A stretch of 64,000 nucleotides of DNA from Candidatus Yanofskybacteria bacterium RIFCSPLOWO2_02_FULL_41_13 (GTDB lineage: Bacteria; Patescibacteriota; Minisyncoccia; 2-02-FULL-40-12; GWA2-44-9). The DNA lies in NCBI GenBank assembly GCA_001795735.1, contig MGKQ01000017.1, forward strand, positions 3,326-67,325, read 5' to 3'. Positions within the stretch are counted from its first letter, which is position 1. The number at the start of each line of letters is the position of its first letter. The position numbers and the translations under genes are program-made. This document shows, piece after piece, positions 48,945 through 57,883 of this stretch. The notes under the pieces were generated by a model. It was not told the origin of the DNA and did no database searches. It saw only the letters and a list, made by a program, of their open reading frames with translations.

Positions 48945-49505
48945 ATGAATATATTTGAAGAAAAAATAAAATTTGAGAAACTCTTGCTTGCTTATAAAGT
49001 TCCGGTTCTTACGGTGGCATATCACGGCAGTTTGCTCGGTCATGTTACACCCAAGAGTGACCTGGATGTAGTCTTAATAATAGAGGATATCACACCGGAT
49101 CTTTTTAGAAAGATAAACTCTATTACCAAAAAAATAAATGCCCATCTGGGTATTAGCATAGTTCCAGTTAGAGAAGCCGGAACAATCTTCGGTGGATTAA
49201 AATATTTGGATGCCCTATGTCGACACTACGGATCTGAAGATAAATATCCTTATGCATATTATAAAATTGCTACTCTCAATGAACAGTTCAGGCGCAGTGC
49301 CATAGAGATGAATCTTAAGAAGTGTGAGAATGTAGCTAAAATAATAACGAAAACCATAAATAATTTTTTAGGAACAAACTTTAAAATAAGCGTTAAAACA
49401 TTTGATTCTCTGGTCAACTCATTAGAAAAGAACTTGGGACTCTTTTATCGTCATGAAAAAATTAAGGTCGGCCGATATTCGGAAAGGGTAGAGACAGTTC
49501 GGTAG
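48945..49505 (+). CDS. minimal pol-beta-superfamily nucleotidyltransferase
   Basis: 'HGSLLGHVTPKSDLDVVLII' matches the GS-x(n)-DxD nucleotidyltransferase motif. Confidence 0.55.
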   Translation: MNIFEEKIKFEKLLLAYKVPVLTVAYHGSLLGHVTPKSDLDVVLIIEDITPDLFRKINSITKKINAHLGISIVPVREAGTIFGGLKYLDALCRHYGSEDKYPYAYYKIATLNEQFRRSAIEMNLKKCENVAKIITKTINNFLGTNFKISVKTFDSLVNSLEKNLGLFYRHEKIKVGRYSERVETVR

Positions 49506-49527
49506 ATACTATTTATAATAAATTAAT

Positions 49528-50118
49528 ATGGATAGTTCTTCTTATAGCATTGCAATAATAAAACCGGATGCTCATAGAGATATGATGGCAGAGATGATTG
49601 GCCGGGATCTTGAAGAAGGTGGTCTGGATGTAATATTTAGGAAAGATATAGTTTTTTCTGAAGTGCAGGCAAAAATAATTTACCTAAAGGAACTAGAGGG
49701 CCATCCTAATTTATCCGGGGCAATTAAGAGTATTTTAGGGACAGAGAAGAATAACCTTAGTACCATTTTAATTCTAAAATCTAAAGAGGGCCAAAATGGG
49801 TTGGCTAAAGCAGTAAATATTAAGGGCAAAGTAGGCAAGGGAGGTATTAGGGCGAAATACAATCTTTATTCTCGTGAGGAGCTAGAGTCAGGGGGTTTTA
49901 CGGGTGATGAGTTGAGTAGTGAGTTAGCGAAGAACCGTCTTCATGTGCCTGATACTGATTCGGAGGCATTTGAAATCATGAGTATGTTGTTAACGGAAAA
50001 AGATAAAAATGAACTTAAATATAGGGAGCCTGAGTTATATAACGAGTTGGAGAGGATGATTAAAAGCAGGGAAGTAACACTTGAGCCTGAAAGGCCCAGA
50101 GAGTTGAAATCAAGATGA
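49528..50118 (+). CDS. nucleoside-diphosphate-kinase-like domain protein, possibly inactive, with a C-terminal extension
   Basis: 'YSIAIIKPDAHRDMMAEMIGRDLEEGGLDVIF' aligns with the NDK N-terminus. The canonical NxxHGSD histidine was not found. Confidence 0.4.
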   Translation: MDSSSYSIAIIKPDAHRDMMAEMIGRDLEEGGLDVIFRKDIVFSEVQAKIIYLKELEGHPNLSGAIKSILGTEKNNLSTILILKSKEGQNGLAKAVNIKGKVGKGGIRAKYNLYSREELESGGFTGDELSSELAKNRLHVPDTDSEAFEIMSMLLTEKDKNELKYREPELYNELERMIKSREVTLEPERPRELKSR

Positions 50119-50189
50119 AAAATAAATATTTTATTTCGACCACTCCGTATCTAGAGCGCGTTGGAAATTGTCAAAATTTGTGATAGAAT

Positions 50190-51188
50190 TTGGCAATGAG
50201 AAGGGTTGATATACAGGAGAATATCCTGAGAAATTTATATATAAATCAGCATCTCACCACTTATCAAATAGCTGAAAAGCTTGGTTTTTGCCAGGGAACA
50301 ATTTGGAAACGACTTCATGAATATAAAATAAAACCCAGGCTTTCTTATGTGCCCGTCGGTTTTACCGAGGAACAACTTAAAAAATGGTATGTAAGTCAGA
50401 AGCTTTCAACGTGGGAAATTGAGAAAAAGTTTGGATATCCTCGGGGTACTATATATAGGAAACTAAAAGAATTCGGTTTAAATACAAGGAATATAGCCTC
50501 ATCTCATATAAGGTTTTCTCGCCAAGATTTTAGCGGTGATATTCTGGAGAAGGCATATTTGGTAGGTTTTAGGATAGGCGACCTAAATATTACTAAGTGC
50601 GGTCCACAAAGCGAAACCATTGTGACCAAATGTGGGAGTACTAAAAAGGGACAGATAAGATTATTTAGAGATTTATTTTCACATTATGGTCATATTTTAC
50701 AAGGCAAGCTCACCAAAGAAGGAAAAATAAATATTCAAGTAAATCTCAATCTGACATTCTCTTTCTTACTTGCCAAAAACCCAAATAGCTATCAGTGGGT
50801 TTTTAATAATAAGGATACATTTTTTTCTTTTTTGGCTGGCTTTTCTGATGCAGAAGGATCGTTTTTTATATCTGAAGATAAAGCAGTTTTTGCTCTAGGC
50901 AACTATAACAAGATATTGCTCGCAAAAATTAGAAAGAAATTGTTTGAGTTAGGAATAGAGACTCCAGAGTTAAGCATTTACCACTCAAAAGGATTAAGAA
51001 GTAGCAATGGCTATATTAATAACGGCGATTATTTTACTCTCCATTGTAGTAGAAAGAAGTATTTGCTAAGGATTTTAGAGGAATTTAAGCAGTATTTGAA
51101 ACACCCCGATAAGTTAAAAACGATGGAAAAGTCACTTCAAAATATAATAGATCGTAATAAAAAGTACGGAGATTTAAGGATGGCATAA
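50190..51188 (+). CDS. free-standing LAGLIDADG homing endonuclease with N-terminal tandem HTH repeats
   Basis: 'YLVGFRIGDLNI' and 'FLAGFSDAEGSF' are the two LAGLIDADG motifs. The N-terminus duplicates 'TYQIAEKLGFCQGTIWKRL' / 'TWEIEKKFGYPRGTIYRKL'. Confidence 0.7.
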   Translation: MAMRRVDIQENILRNLYINQHLTTYQIAEKLGFCQGTIWKRLHEYKIKPRLSYVPVGFTEEQLKKWYVSQKLSTWEIEKKFGYPRGTIYRKLKEFGLNTRNIASSHIRFSRQDFSGDILEKAYLVGFRIGDLNITKCGPQSETIVTKCGSTKKGQIRLFRDLFSHYGHILQGKLTKEGKINIQVNLNLTFSFLLAKNPNSYQWVFNNKDTFFSFLAGFSDAEGSFFISEDKAVFALGNYNKILLAKIRKKLFELGIETPELSIYHSKGLRSSNGYINNGDYFTLHCSRKKYLLRILEEFKQYLKHPDKLKTMEKSLQNIIDRNKKYGDLRMA

Positions 51189-51190
51189 TT

Positions 51191-52681
51191 ATGAGTAAAT
51201 TCTATATAACAACTGCGATTATTTATACTAATGGTCCACCACATTCAGGATTTGCTTTTGAATTGATTCAGGCCGATGTTTTGGCTAGATATCGTCGCTT
51301 ACTTGGTGATGACACCTTTTTCTTAACTGGTACAGATGAGCATGGCTCTACCGTGGTAAAGGCGGCTGAAAAAGCCGGCGTTGAGCCACAAATTTTTGTT
51401 GACAAAATCGCAAAACAAGTCCAAGAACTTATACGGATCCTTAATATTTCTAATGATGATTTTATTCGTACTTCTGATCAAAAACGACATTGGCCAACAG
51501 CTATGAAAATCTGGCAGTTAATTGAACAAAATGGTGACTTGTCTAAGAAAAAATATAAAGGATTATATTGTGTGGGCCATGAATCGTTTATTAAAAAAAC
51601 AGATTTGGTTAATGGTGTATGTCCATTGCACCAAACCGAACCGGAAGAGATTGAAGAAGAAAATTATTTTTTTAAGCTAAGTAAATACAAAAAAGAAATA
51701 AAGAGAAAAATTGAGAGTGATGAACTAAAAATTGTTCCAGAAACAAGAAAAACTGAGATTTTAAATTTAATTGAAGATGCAGAAGACGTTAGTTTCTCTA
51801 GGTCTAGATCAGTTTTAAAATGGGGGATTCCAGTTCCCAACGATCCGGAACAGACACAGTACGTATGGACAGATGCTTTGACAAACTATCTTTCCGCTCT
51901 TGGTTATGCCGATAATGACGCTCGCTTCAAGAAATATTGGCCTGCTGATGTGCATTTAATTGGCAAAGATATTTTAAGATTCCATGCATTATATTTTCCG
52001 GCCATGTTAATGTCCACGGGGCTAGAACTTCCCAAAGCTATATATGTTCACGGATTTATTACCATAGAAGGACAAAAAATGTCCAAGACAGTTGGCAACG
52101 TAATTGACCCCTTGGAATTAATAAAAAAATACGGAACCGATGTTGTGCGGTACTTCCTTTTGCGGGAAATTCCGTCGGGAGAAGACGGAGATTTTTCTTA
52201 TAAAAAACTAGAGGAAAGATACAATGGCGACTTGGCCAATGGACTTGGTAACTTAACTCAAAGAGTAGTAACTCTTATTGATACTAAGCTGAACGGTGAG
52301 CTAATATATAAATACTCTCTTGTTGAGAAAGAAGTTAAGAAAAAAACTGAGTATATTTTCAAAGAATATATCAAAAATATAGATAACTTTGCTCTGCATG
52401 AAGCCCTAGGCAGAGTTTGGGAGTTAATAGGCTACGGAGATAAATATATGGATGAGAAAGCTCCATGGAAGGCTATTAAGCACGACGAGGCCGAGTTTCT
52501 AAAAATAATGAACAATGCCCTCTACATTCTATACAACGTTGCATGGATGCTAGTCCCGTTTCTACCGGAGACAGCCGACAATATATTCAATGCCATGGGG
52601 GCAGACAGAGATGTAAAGTCTCTTGACGATTACAAATTCAAGGTACAAAAAACTGCAGGTTTATTTCCGAGGCTTCAATGA
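51191..52681 (+). CDS. metG: methionyl-tRNA synthetase, short form
   Basis: 'PHSGFAFELIQADVLARY' (HxGH-like) and 'KMSKTVGN' (KMSKS). Confidence 0.9.
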   Translation: MSKFYITTAIIYTNGPPHSGFAFELIQADVLARYRRLLGDDTFFLTGTDEHGSTVVKAAEKAGVEPQIFVDKIAKQVQELIRILNISNDDFIRTSDQKRHWPTAMKIWQLIEQNGDLSKKKYKGLYCVGHESFIKKTDLVNGVCPLHQTEPEEIEEENYFFKLSKYKKEIKRKIESDELKIVPETRKTEILNLIEDAEDVSFSRSRSVLKWGIPVPNDPEQTQYVWTDALTNYLSALGYADNDARFKKYWPADVHLIGKDILRFHALYFPAMLMSTGLELPKAIYVHGFITIEGQKMSKTVGNVIDPLELIKKYGTDVVRYFLLREIPSGEDGDFSYKKLEERYNGDLANGLGNLTQRVVTLIDTKLNGELIYKYSLVEKEVKKKTEYIFKEYIKNIDNFALHEALGRVWELIGYGDKYMDEKAPWKAIKHDEAEFLKIMNNALYILYNVAWMLVPFLPETADNIFNAMGADRDVKSLDDYKFKVQKTAGLFPRLQ

Positions 52682-53469
52682 TTTTTGACTCTCACTGCCA
52701 TCCGCAGATGGAACAATATGATAAAGACCGAGAAGAAATGTTAAAACGCGCCCGCGAAGCGGGCGTTCTTATGATTTGCGTAGGGACAGATTTGGAGACC
52801 TCAAAGAAGGGGATTGAACTGGCTCAGAAAAATGATGGAATGTGGGCGACAGTCGGTCTACATCCGAACGATATCACCGATGGGTTTGATGTTATGGCGT
52901 ATCATAACATGTTGCTAGACTCAAAAGTCGTGGCGATAGGGGAGGTGGGGCTGGATTATTACCGTACTCCTGAACCGGGAAAACAGAAAAAACAAAAAGA
53001 ATTTTTTGAGCAATTCATAGATTTAGCCCAGAAAACAAAAAAACCATTGATACTTCATTTTCGCGATAGTTCCAAGGGAAGTTCAGGTAGGGTTCATAAA
53101 GATGCCATCAAGATTCTAGATTCTAGATTCAAAATTCAAAATTCTGGTCTTTGCGGCGTAGCCCATTCTTTTACGGGGAACATGGATGACGCAAAAAAAT
53201 ATCTGGATCTAGGTTTTTGTTTAGGATTTAATGGAATTTTAACTTTCACTAAACAATACGATGATGTAGTTAAATATATTCCGCTTGACCGGATACTTCT
53301 TGAAACCGACGCACCATTTCTTTCGCCTGAACCGTATCGTGGCAAAAGAAATGAACCGGCATATGTTGTCGAGGTTGCTAAAAAAATTGCGGAACTAAAA
53401 AATGAATCATTGGAAAAGGTAATTGAACAGACGACGAATAATTGTAAAAAACTATTTAAACTGGTATAA
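52678..53469 (+). CDS. tatD: TatD-family metal-dependent DNase/hydrolase
   Basis: 'MIFDSHCHPQ', 'GEVGLDY' and 'ETDAPFL'. Confidence 0.85.
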   Translation: MIFDSHCHPQMEQYDKDREEMLKRAREAGVLMICVGTDLETSKKGIELAQKNDGMWATVGLHPNDITDGFDVMAYHNMLLDSKVVAIGEVGLDYYRTPEPGKQKKQKEFFEQFIDLAQKTKKPLILHFRDSSKGSSGRVHKDAIKILDSRFKIQNSGLCGVAHSFTGNMDDAKKYLDLGFCLGFNGILTFTKQYDDVVKYIPLDRILLETDAPFLSPEPYRGKRNEPAYVVEVAKKIAELKNESLEKVIEQTTNNCKKLFKLV

Positions 53470-53501
53470 AAACCAGAAGCTCTTTTATTTGAAGAGGGGA
53501 A

Positions 53502-54107
53502 ATGAGATTAGTACTAGGAAGCGATTTGCATGGTAATTTACCGAAGGTGCCTAAGTGCGATGTATTAATTCTGGCAGGAGATATACTTTCTGAGACAGAC
53601 CAGGAATTATTTATAGAAAATAGTTTAGCGCCGTGGCTTGATCGGGCATCTGCCAAATATATTGTTGCTACCTGGGGTAATCATGATCATAAGCCATTCA
53701 AGCATTGGGAGCATCAATATAATCTGCGCTGGAATTTATTAATAGATAGGGGGATTATTATTCAGGGGCTGAAGTTTTATGGGACTCCCTGGTGTCTTCC
53801 GATTGGGCGTTGGGCGTGGCAGGCGCCTGAATATGTTCTTAAGAACATATATGCGATGATTCCTGACGATGTAGACATTCTTATTAGTCACTGTCCGCCA
53901 TATGGCATATGCGACTTAGCTAAAGATAGTAGTAAGTGCGGAAGCAAAGAACTGGTTTCACGGATGGAAAGTTTAGGGAATCTTAAATTCTTGGTTTGCG
54001 GCCATATCCATGAAGCACGTGGCAGTATGGGAAAAGTCTTAAATGTAGCCTGTCTCGACGAAAAGTATCTACTACGTCCCGACCCTTGGACTATAATTGA
54101 TGTTTAA
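53502..54107 (+). CDS. calcineurin-like metallophosphoesterase
   Basis: 'GSDLHGN', 'LAGDI' and 'WGNHDH'. Confidence 0.65.
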   Translation: MRLVLGSDLHGNLPKVPKCDVLILAGDILSETDQELFIENSLAPWLDRASAKYIVATWGNHDHKPFKHWEHQYNLRWNLLIDRGIIIQGLKFYGTPWCLPIGRWAWQAPEYVLKNIYAMIPDDVDILISHCPPYGICDLAKDSSKCGSKELVSRMESLGNLKFLVCGHIHEARGSMGKVLNVACLDEKYLLRPDPWTIIDV

Positions 54108-54128
54108 TCCCGCTATGGCGGGATTTTT
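54106..54128 (+). terminator. intrinsic terminator (aatcccgc-tatg-gcgggatt, then TTT)
   Basis: Read directly. Confidence 0.6.
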
Positions 54129-54185
54129 GATTTTTGGGAGATTTTGAAGTATGCTTCCGGAAGTTCTCATGAATGGAGAGATATC

Positions 54186-54614
54186 ATGAAAGTGCTGATT
54201 CAGAGCTTTAGCTATAAAAGAACTGGTTACCCCAAAGACGAAACTGGTAAGGGTGGAGGTTTTGTATTTGATTGCCGGGCGATAGATGCTTATGATTATT
54301 CTAATCACGTTCCCGGCGCTCGCTATTCTCATATGCATCTTACTGGATTGGACGATAAGGTTGCAGACGCCCTTAATAGAGACACTGAAACTCAAGAATT
54401 TTTTCTAGCCGCTTGGACCATGGTTAGAATAGATATAGCCAAGAGTCTTAGACGTAATATACCCGTTATAACCGTTAACTTCGGATGCACTGCCGGTCAG
54501 CACCGTAGTGTTTACTTAGCTGAGGCTATGGCTAGATTGATAAAGCAGAATTATCTGGAAGTAGAGGCAGAGTTAGTTCATCTGGAAAAATCACATTGGC
54601 CGAAGGGAGCCTAA
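54186..54614 (+). CDS. stand-alone RapZ/YvcJ C-terminal-like domain protein
   Basis: 'VNFGCTAGQHRSVYLAEAMARLI' matches the RapZ C-domain signature GCTGGxHRSV. No N-terminal P-loop domain is present. Confidence 0.5.
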   Translation: MKVLIQSFSYKRTGYPKDETGKGGGFVFDCRAIDAYDYSNHVPGARYSHMHLTGLDDKVADALNRDTETQEFFLAAWTMVRIDIAKSLRRNIPVITVNFGCTAGQHRSVYLAEAMARLIKQNYLEVEAELVHLEKSHWPKGA

Positions 54615-54668
54615 GTCGAGGTAACTCGGCTTTTTGATTTTTAGGCTAAATTTGGTTATAGTCTTTAT

Positions 54669-55049
54669 ATGAAAAAAGAACAACTCCAAGAATCGGAAAG
54701 ACAGAATTTGGCTGAATATTTAGAAAAAAATTCTAATGTTGTGATTGATAAAGATAAGCTTAATGAAGAAATAATCCGCATAGCTATGTCCATGAAGGGC
54801 ATGCTTGGTTATTATGATAGTCGCGATGTTAAATTTTCGGTTGATGGGTATGACTTTGTATATTTTAATAATGAAGGGGATCTTTTGCACGTGAAAATAA
54901 AACCGGAAGAGGTGTTAGATTTAGAAAAAGCGGGTAAGATTCACGAGAGTGATGAATTGGAGGAAAAATTAAAGGAGTTGGGTTTTGAACTTGATCAATC
55001 AGAAAAATTCAGGTCAGCTCTTTGGCGACAACTGAATCCACCTAAGTAA
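54669..55049 (+). CDS. hypothetical protein, 126 aa
   Basis: ORF only. Confidence 0.35.
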   Translation: MKKEQLQESERQNLAEYLEKNSNVVIDKDKLNEEIIRIAMSMKGMLGYYDSRDVKFSVDGYDFVYFNNEGDLLHVKIKPEEVLDLEKAGKIHESDELEEKLKELGFELDQSEKFRSALWRQLNPPK

Positions 55050-55084
55050 TTGAAGTATAATCCAAATAAAATTGAGAGAAAATG

Positions 55085-55154
55085 GTCCCGATTTTGTTCA
55101 AGCATAGCTTGATTACAAAATCGAGGATCCGCGATTCGCGAAGCGAATCGGGAC
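55085..55154. repeat. palindromic element copy in the leuS 5' region
   Basis: 'ggtcccgatt...aatcgaggatccgcgattcgcgaagcgaatcgggac'. TIRs are gtcccgatt / aatcgggac. Internal hairpin cgattcgc-gaa-gcgaatcg. Confidence 0.7.
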
Positions 55155-55160
55155 AGAAAT

Positions 55161-57851
55161 ATGAAGTATCAACCATCTAAAATCGAAAAGAAGTGGCAAA
55201 AATATTGGGAGACCAAGAAGATTTATCGCGCAAATGATAAGTCAAGAAAACCACACTATTATCAACTGGAAACCTTTCCATATCCATCTGCGGCTGGGCT
55301 TCACGTCGGACACCCCAAGGGCTATATTGCCGAAGATATTCATGCTCGTTTTATGCGAATGAACGGAAATGAGGTTCTGTATACAATGGGCTGGGATGCC
55401 TTTGGTTTGCCCACAGAAAACTACGCAATAAAAATTAATAAAAGTCCTCAAGAAGTAGCAACGTCTAGCATAAAGAATTTTAAACGACAGGTTAAAATGT
55501 TCGGTCTCTCATATGACTGGGACAGGGAAATTAATACCTCCTCGCCCGGATATTATAAGTGGACACAGTGGTTGTTTGTTCAGATGTTTAAAAGGGGGTT
55601 AGCCTATCAGAAATCTGCAAAAGTAAATTGGTGTCCGAAAGACCAGACGGTTTTAGCGAATGAGCAGGTTGTAGATGGAAAGTGTGAGCGTTGCGGCGAA
55701 GTTACAACTCAAAAAGAAATGAAGCAATGGTTTTTTAAGATAACTAATTATGCGGATAGATTACTCAAGGATTTAGAGGGGCTGGACTGGCCGGAAGCAA
55801 CAATTAAGAAGCAAAAAGACTGGGTAGGTAAATCTGAAGGAGCAAAATTAAAATTTAAGCTGATAAACATTCCCGGCCAGCCAGATAAAAAACATTTTGT
55901 GAAAGTATTTACGACTAGACCCGATACTTTATTTGGGGCGACTTTTGCTGTGGTGTCGCCTGAGCTTGCTAAAAAATGGCTTGATGCTGGATGGCAAGTT
56001 AATGACAGCGTAAAAAAATATATTAATGATAGCTTAAATAAAAAAGAGTTAGATAGGCTGGCTGAAGCTGGAGATAAGACGGGAATTGATTCTGGGATTA
56101 GGGCAGTAAACCCTGCCAACAAAGAAGAGATTCCTGTCTGGGTTGCCGATTATGTTTTGGGCGGTTACGGCACCGGAGCAATCATGGCCGTTCCTGCGCA
56201 TGATGAAAGGGATTTTAAATTTGCAGAAAAATTTAATTTGCCAGTTAAAACAGTAATTTCCCCTAACTCTGGGGCGTTAGTTAAATTCTTAAATAGAAGT
56301 CTTGTTTCCGACTGGAAAGATAAAGTACTAAATAATTATCCGTATTCATCAACTAGTGAATTTATTGAATTTTCAGTTTCTCCTGAAGGATTAGACAAAT
56401 TTATCTCTATTGGACAATCTTTGCTTAGAGAGGGTCCCTACTATTTCAGTATTCGTGGTAAGTCAAAGCTCATTGCATATAAAGATGCAGTATTTGATAT
56501 TTTTCAGAGCGAAGAAAATGTGAAAGCAAAAACTTACGGCAGAGAAAAAAGAATTCCAGAGAATGAATTGAGTTGGAGTACGGCATACGAAGAAAAGGGC
56601 ATACTTATTAATTCAGGTAAGTTCGATGGCCTTGACTCAGAAAAAGCCAAATGGGAAATTACAAAATTTGTTGGAGGAGAGAGACAAGTCCAATATAAGA
56701 TAAGAGATTGGTCTGTATCACGGCAAAGATATTGGGGAGTTCCAATTCCTGTCATCTATTGCGATAAATGTGGCGTTGTTCCGGTTCCCGATAAGGATCT
56801 TCCGGTTAAATTGCCAATATTGAAGGGTTATAGACCCAAAGGCGTTCCGCCATTAGCCAGCTCAAAAAAGTTTTTGGAAGTTAAGTGTCCAAACTGTAAT
56901 TCTTTAGCTCGGAGAGACGCTGAAACTTTGGATACTTTCGTAGATTCTTCTTGGTACTATCTTCGCTATACTGATTCAAAAAATAAAAACAAATTTGCTG
57001 ACGAACTGAAGCTAAAAACATGGTTGCCAGTTAAACTATACGTGATTGGTGCCGAACACTCAGTCTTGCATTTGCTCTATGCCAGATTTATAGCAAAAGT
57101 TCTTAACGATCAGGGCTATTTGAACTTTAATGAACCATTCTTGAAATTGAGGCATCTGGGTCTTATTCTCGGTACTGATGGACAGAAAATGTCCAAGTCA
57201 AAGGGTAATGTTATCAATCCAGATGGGATAGTCAAAGAATTCGGTGCGGATGCTTTTAGAATGTATGAAATGTTTATGGGTCCGTTTGAAGATGGTCAGC
57301 CTTGGGATACTAAGGGTGTGGTTGGAGTTTATAGGTTTTTAAATAGAATCTGGAATTATGTCGGCCGATATGATGGTAATATTAAACCTAATCTAGAAGC
57401 CCAAAGAATATTAAACAAATTTATAAAAGAGGTGGGAGAAGATATAGGTAGAATGAGTTTTAATACCGGTGTCAGTGGTTTGATGAAGCTTTTGAACGAG
57501 CTTGAATCACATGAAATCTCGAAAGAAGAATATGAAACACTACTCAAGCTATTGGCGCCTTTTGCTCCGCATTTGGCGGAAGAATTGTGGATGGGAGTAT
57601 TAAAAAATAAAAAATCTGTTCATCTTGAAAAGTGGCCGGAATATGACGAAAAATTACTAGCTGAAGAAAAAACAAAGCTAGTAATTCAGGTAAATGGCCG
57701 GGTTAGAGATACTTTTGAAGTTAAAAAAGGTCTTTCCGAAAGTGAGGCAAAAGATTTAGCCCTAAAGAGTGAGAACGTGAGAAGACATATATCCGGAGAA
57801 ATTAAAAAAATTATATATATAAAAGACAGAATAATTAATATTGTTATCTAG
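55161..57851 (+). CDS. leuS: leucyl-tRNA synthetase
   Basis: 'PYPSAAGLHVGHP' (HIGH) and 'KMSKSKGN' (KMSKS). 896 aa. Confidence 0.95.
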   Translation: MKYQPSKIEKKWQKYWETKKIYRANDKSRKPHYYQLETFPYPSAAGLHVGHPKGYIAEDIHARFMRMNGNEVLYTMGWDAFGLPTENYAIKINKSPQEVATSSIKNFKRQVKMFGLSYDWDREINTSSPGYYKWTQWLFVQMFKRGLAYQKSAKVNWCPKDQTVLANEQVVDGKCERCGEVTTQKEMKQWFFKITNYADRLLKDLEGLDWPEATIKKQKDWVGKSEGAKLKFKLINIPGQPDKKHFVKVFTTRPDTLFGATFAVVSPELAKKWLDAGWQVNDSVKKYINDSLNKKELDRLAEAGDKTGIDSGIRAVNPANKEEIPVWVADYVLGGYGTGAIMAVPAHDERDFKFAEKFNLPVKTVISPNSGALVKFLNRSLVSDWKDKVLNNYPYSSTSEFIEFSVSPEGLDKFISIGQSLLREGPYYFSIRGKSKLIAYKDAVFDIFQSEENVKAKTYGREKRIPENELSWSTAYEEKGILINSGKFDGLDSEKAKWEITKFVGGERQVQYKIRDWSVSRQRYWGVPIPVIYCDKCGVVPVPDKDLPVKLPILKGYRPKGVPPLASSKKFLEVKCPNCNSLARRDAETLDTFVDSSWYYLRYTDSKNKNKFADELKLKTWLPVKLYVIGAEHSVLHLLYARFIAKVLNDQGYLNFNEPFLKLRHLGLILGTDGQKMSKSKGNVINPDGIVKEFGADAFRMYEMFMGPFEDGQPWDTKGVVGVYRFLNRIWNYVGRYDGNIKPNLEAQRILNKFIKEVGEDIGRMSFNTGVSGLMKLLNELESHEISKEEYETLLKLLAPFAPHLAEELWMGVLKNKKSVHLEKWPEYDEKLLAEEKTKLVIQVNGRVRDTFEVKKGLSESEAKDLALKSENVRRHISGEIKKIIYIKDRIINIVI

Positions 57852-57883
57852 CAGTTTATCGGGAGTATCTTCTAACTGGTATA

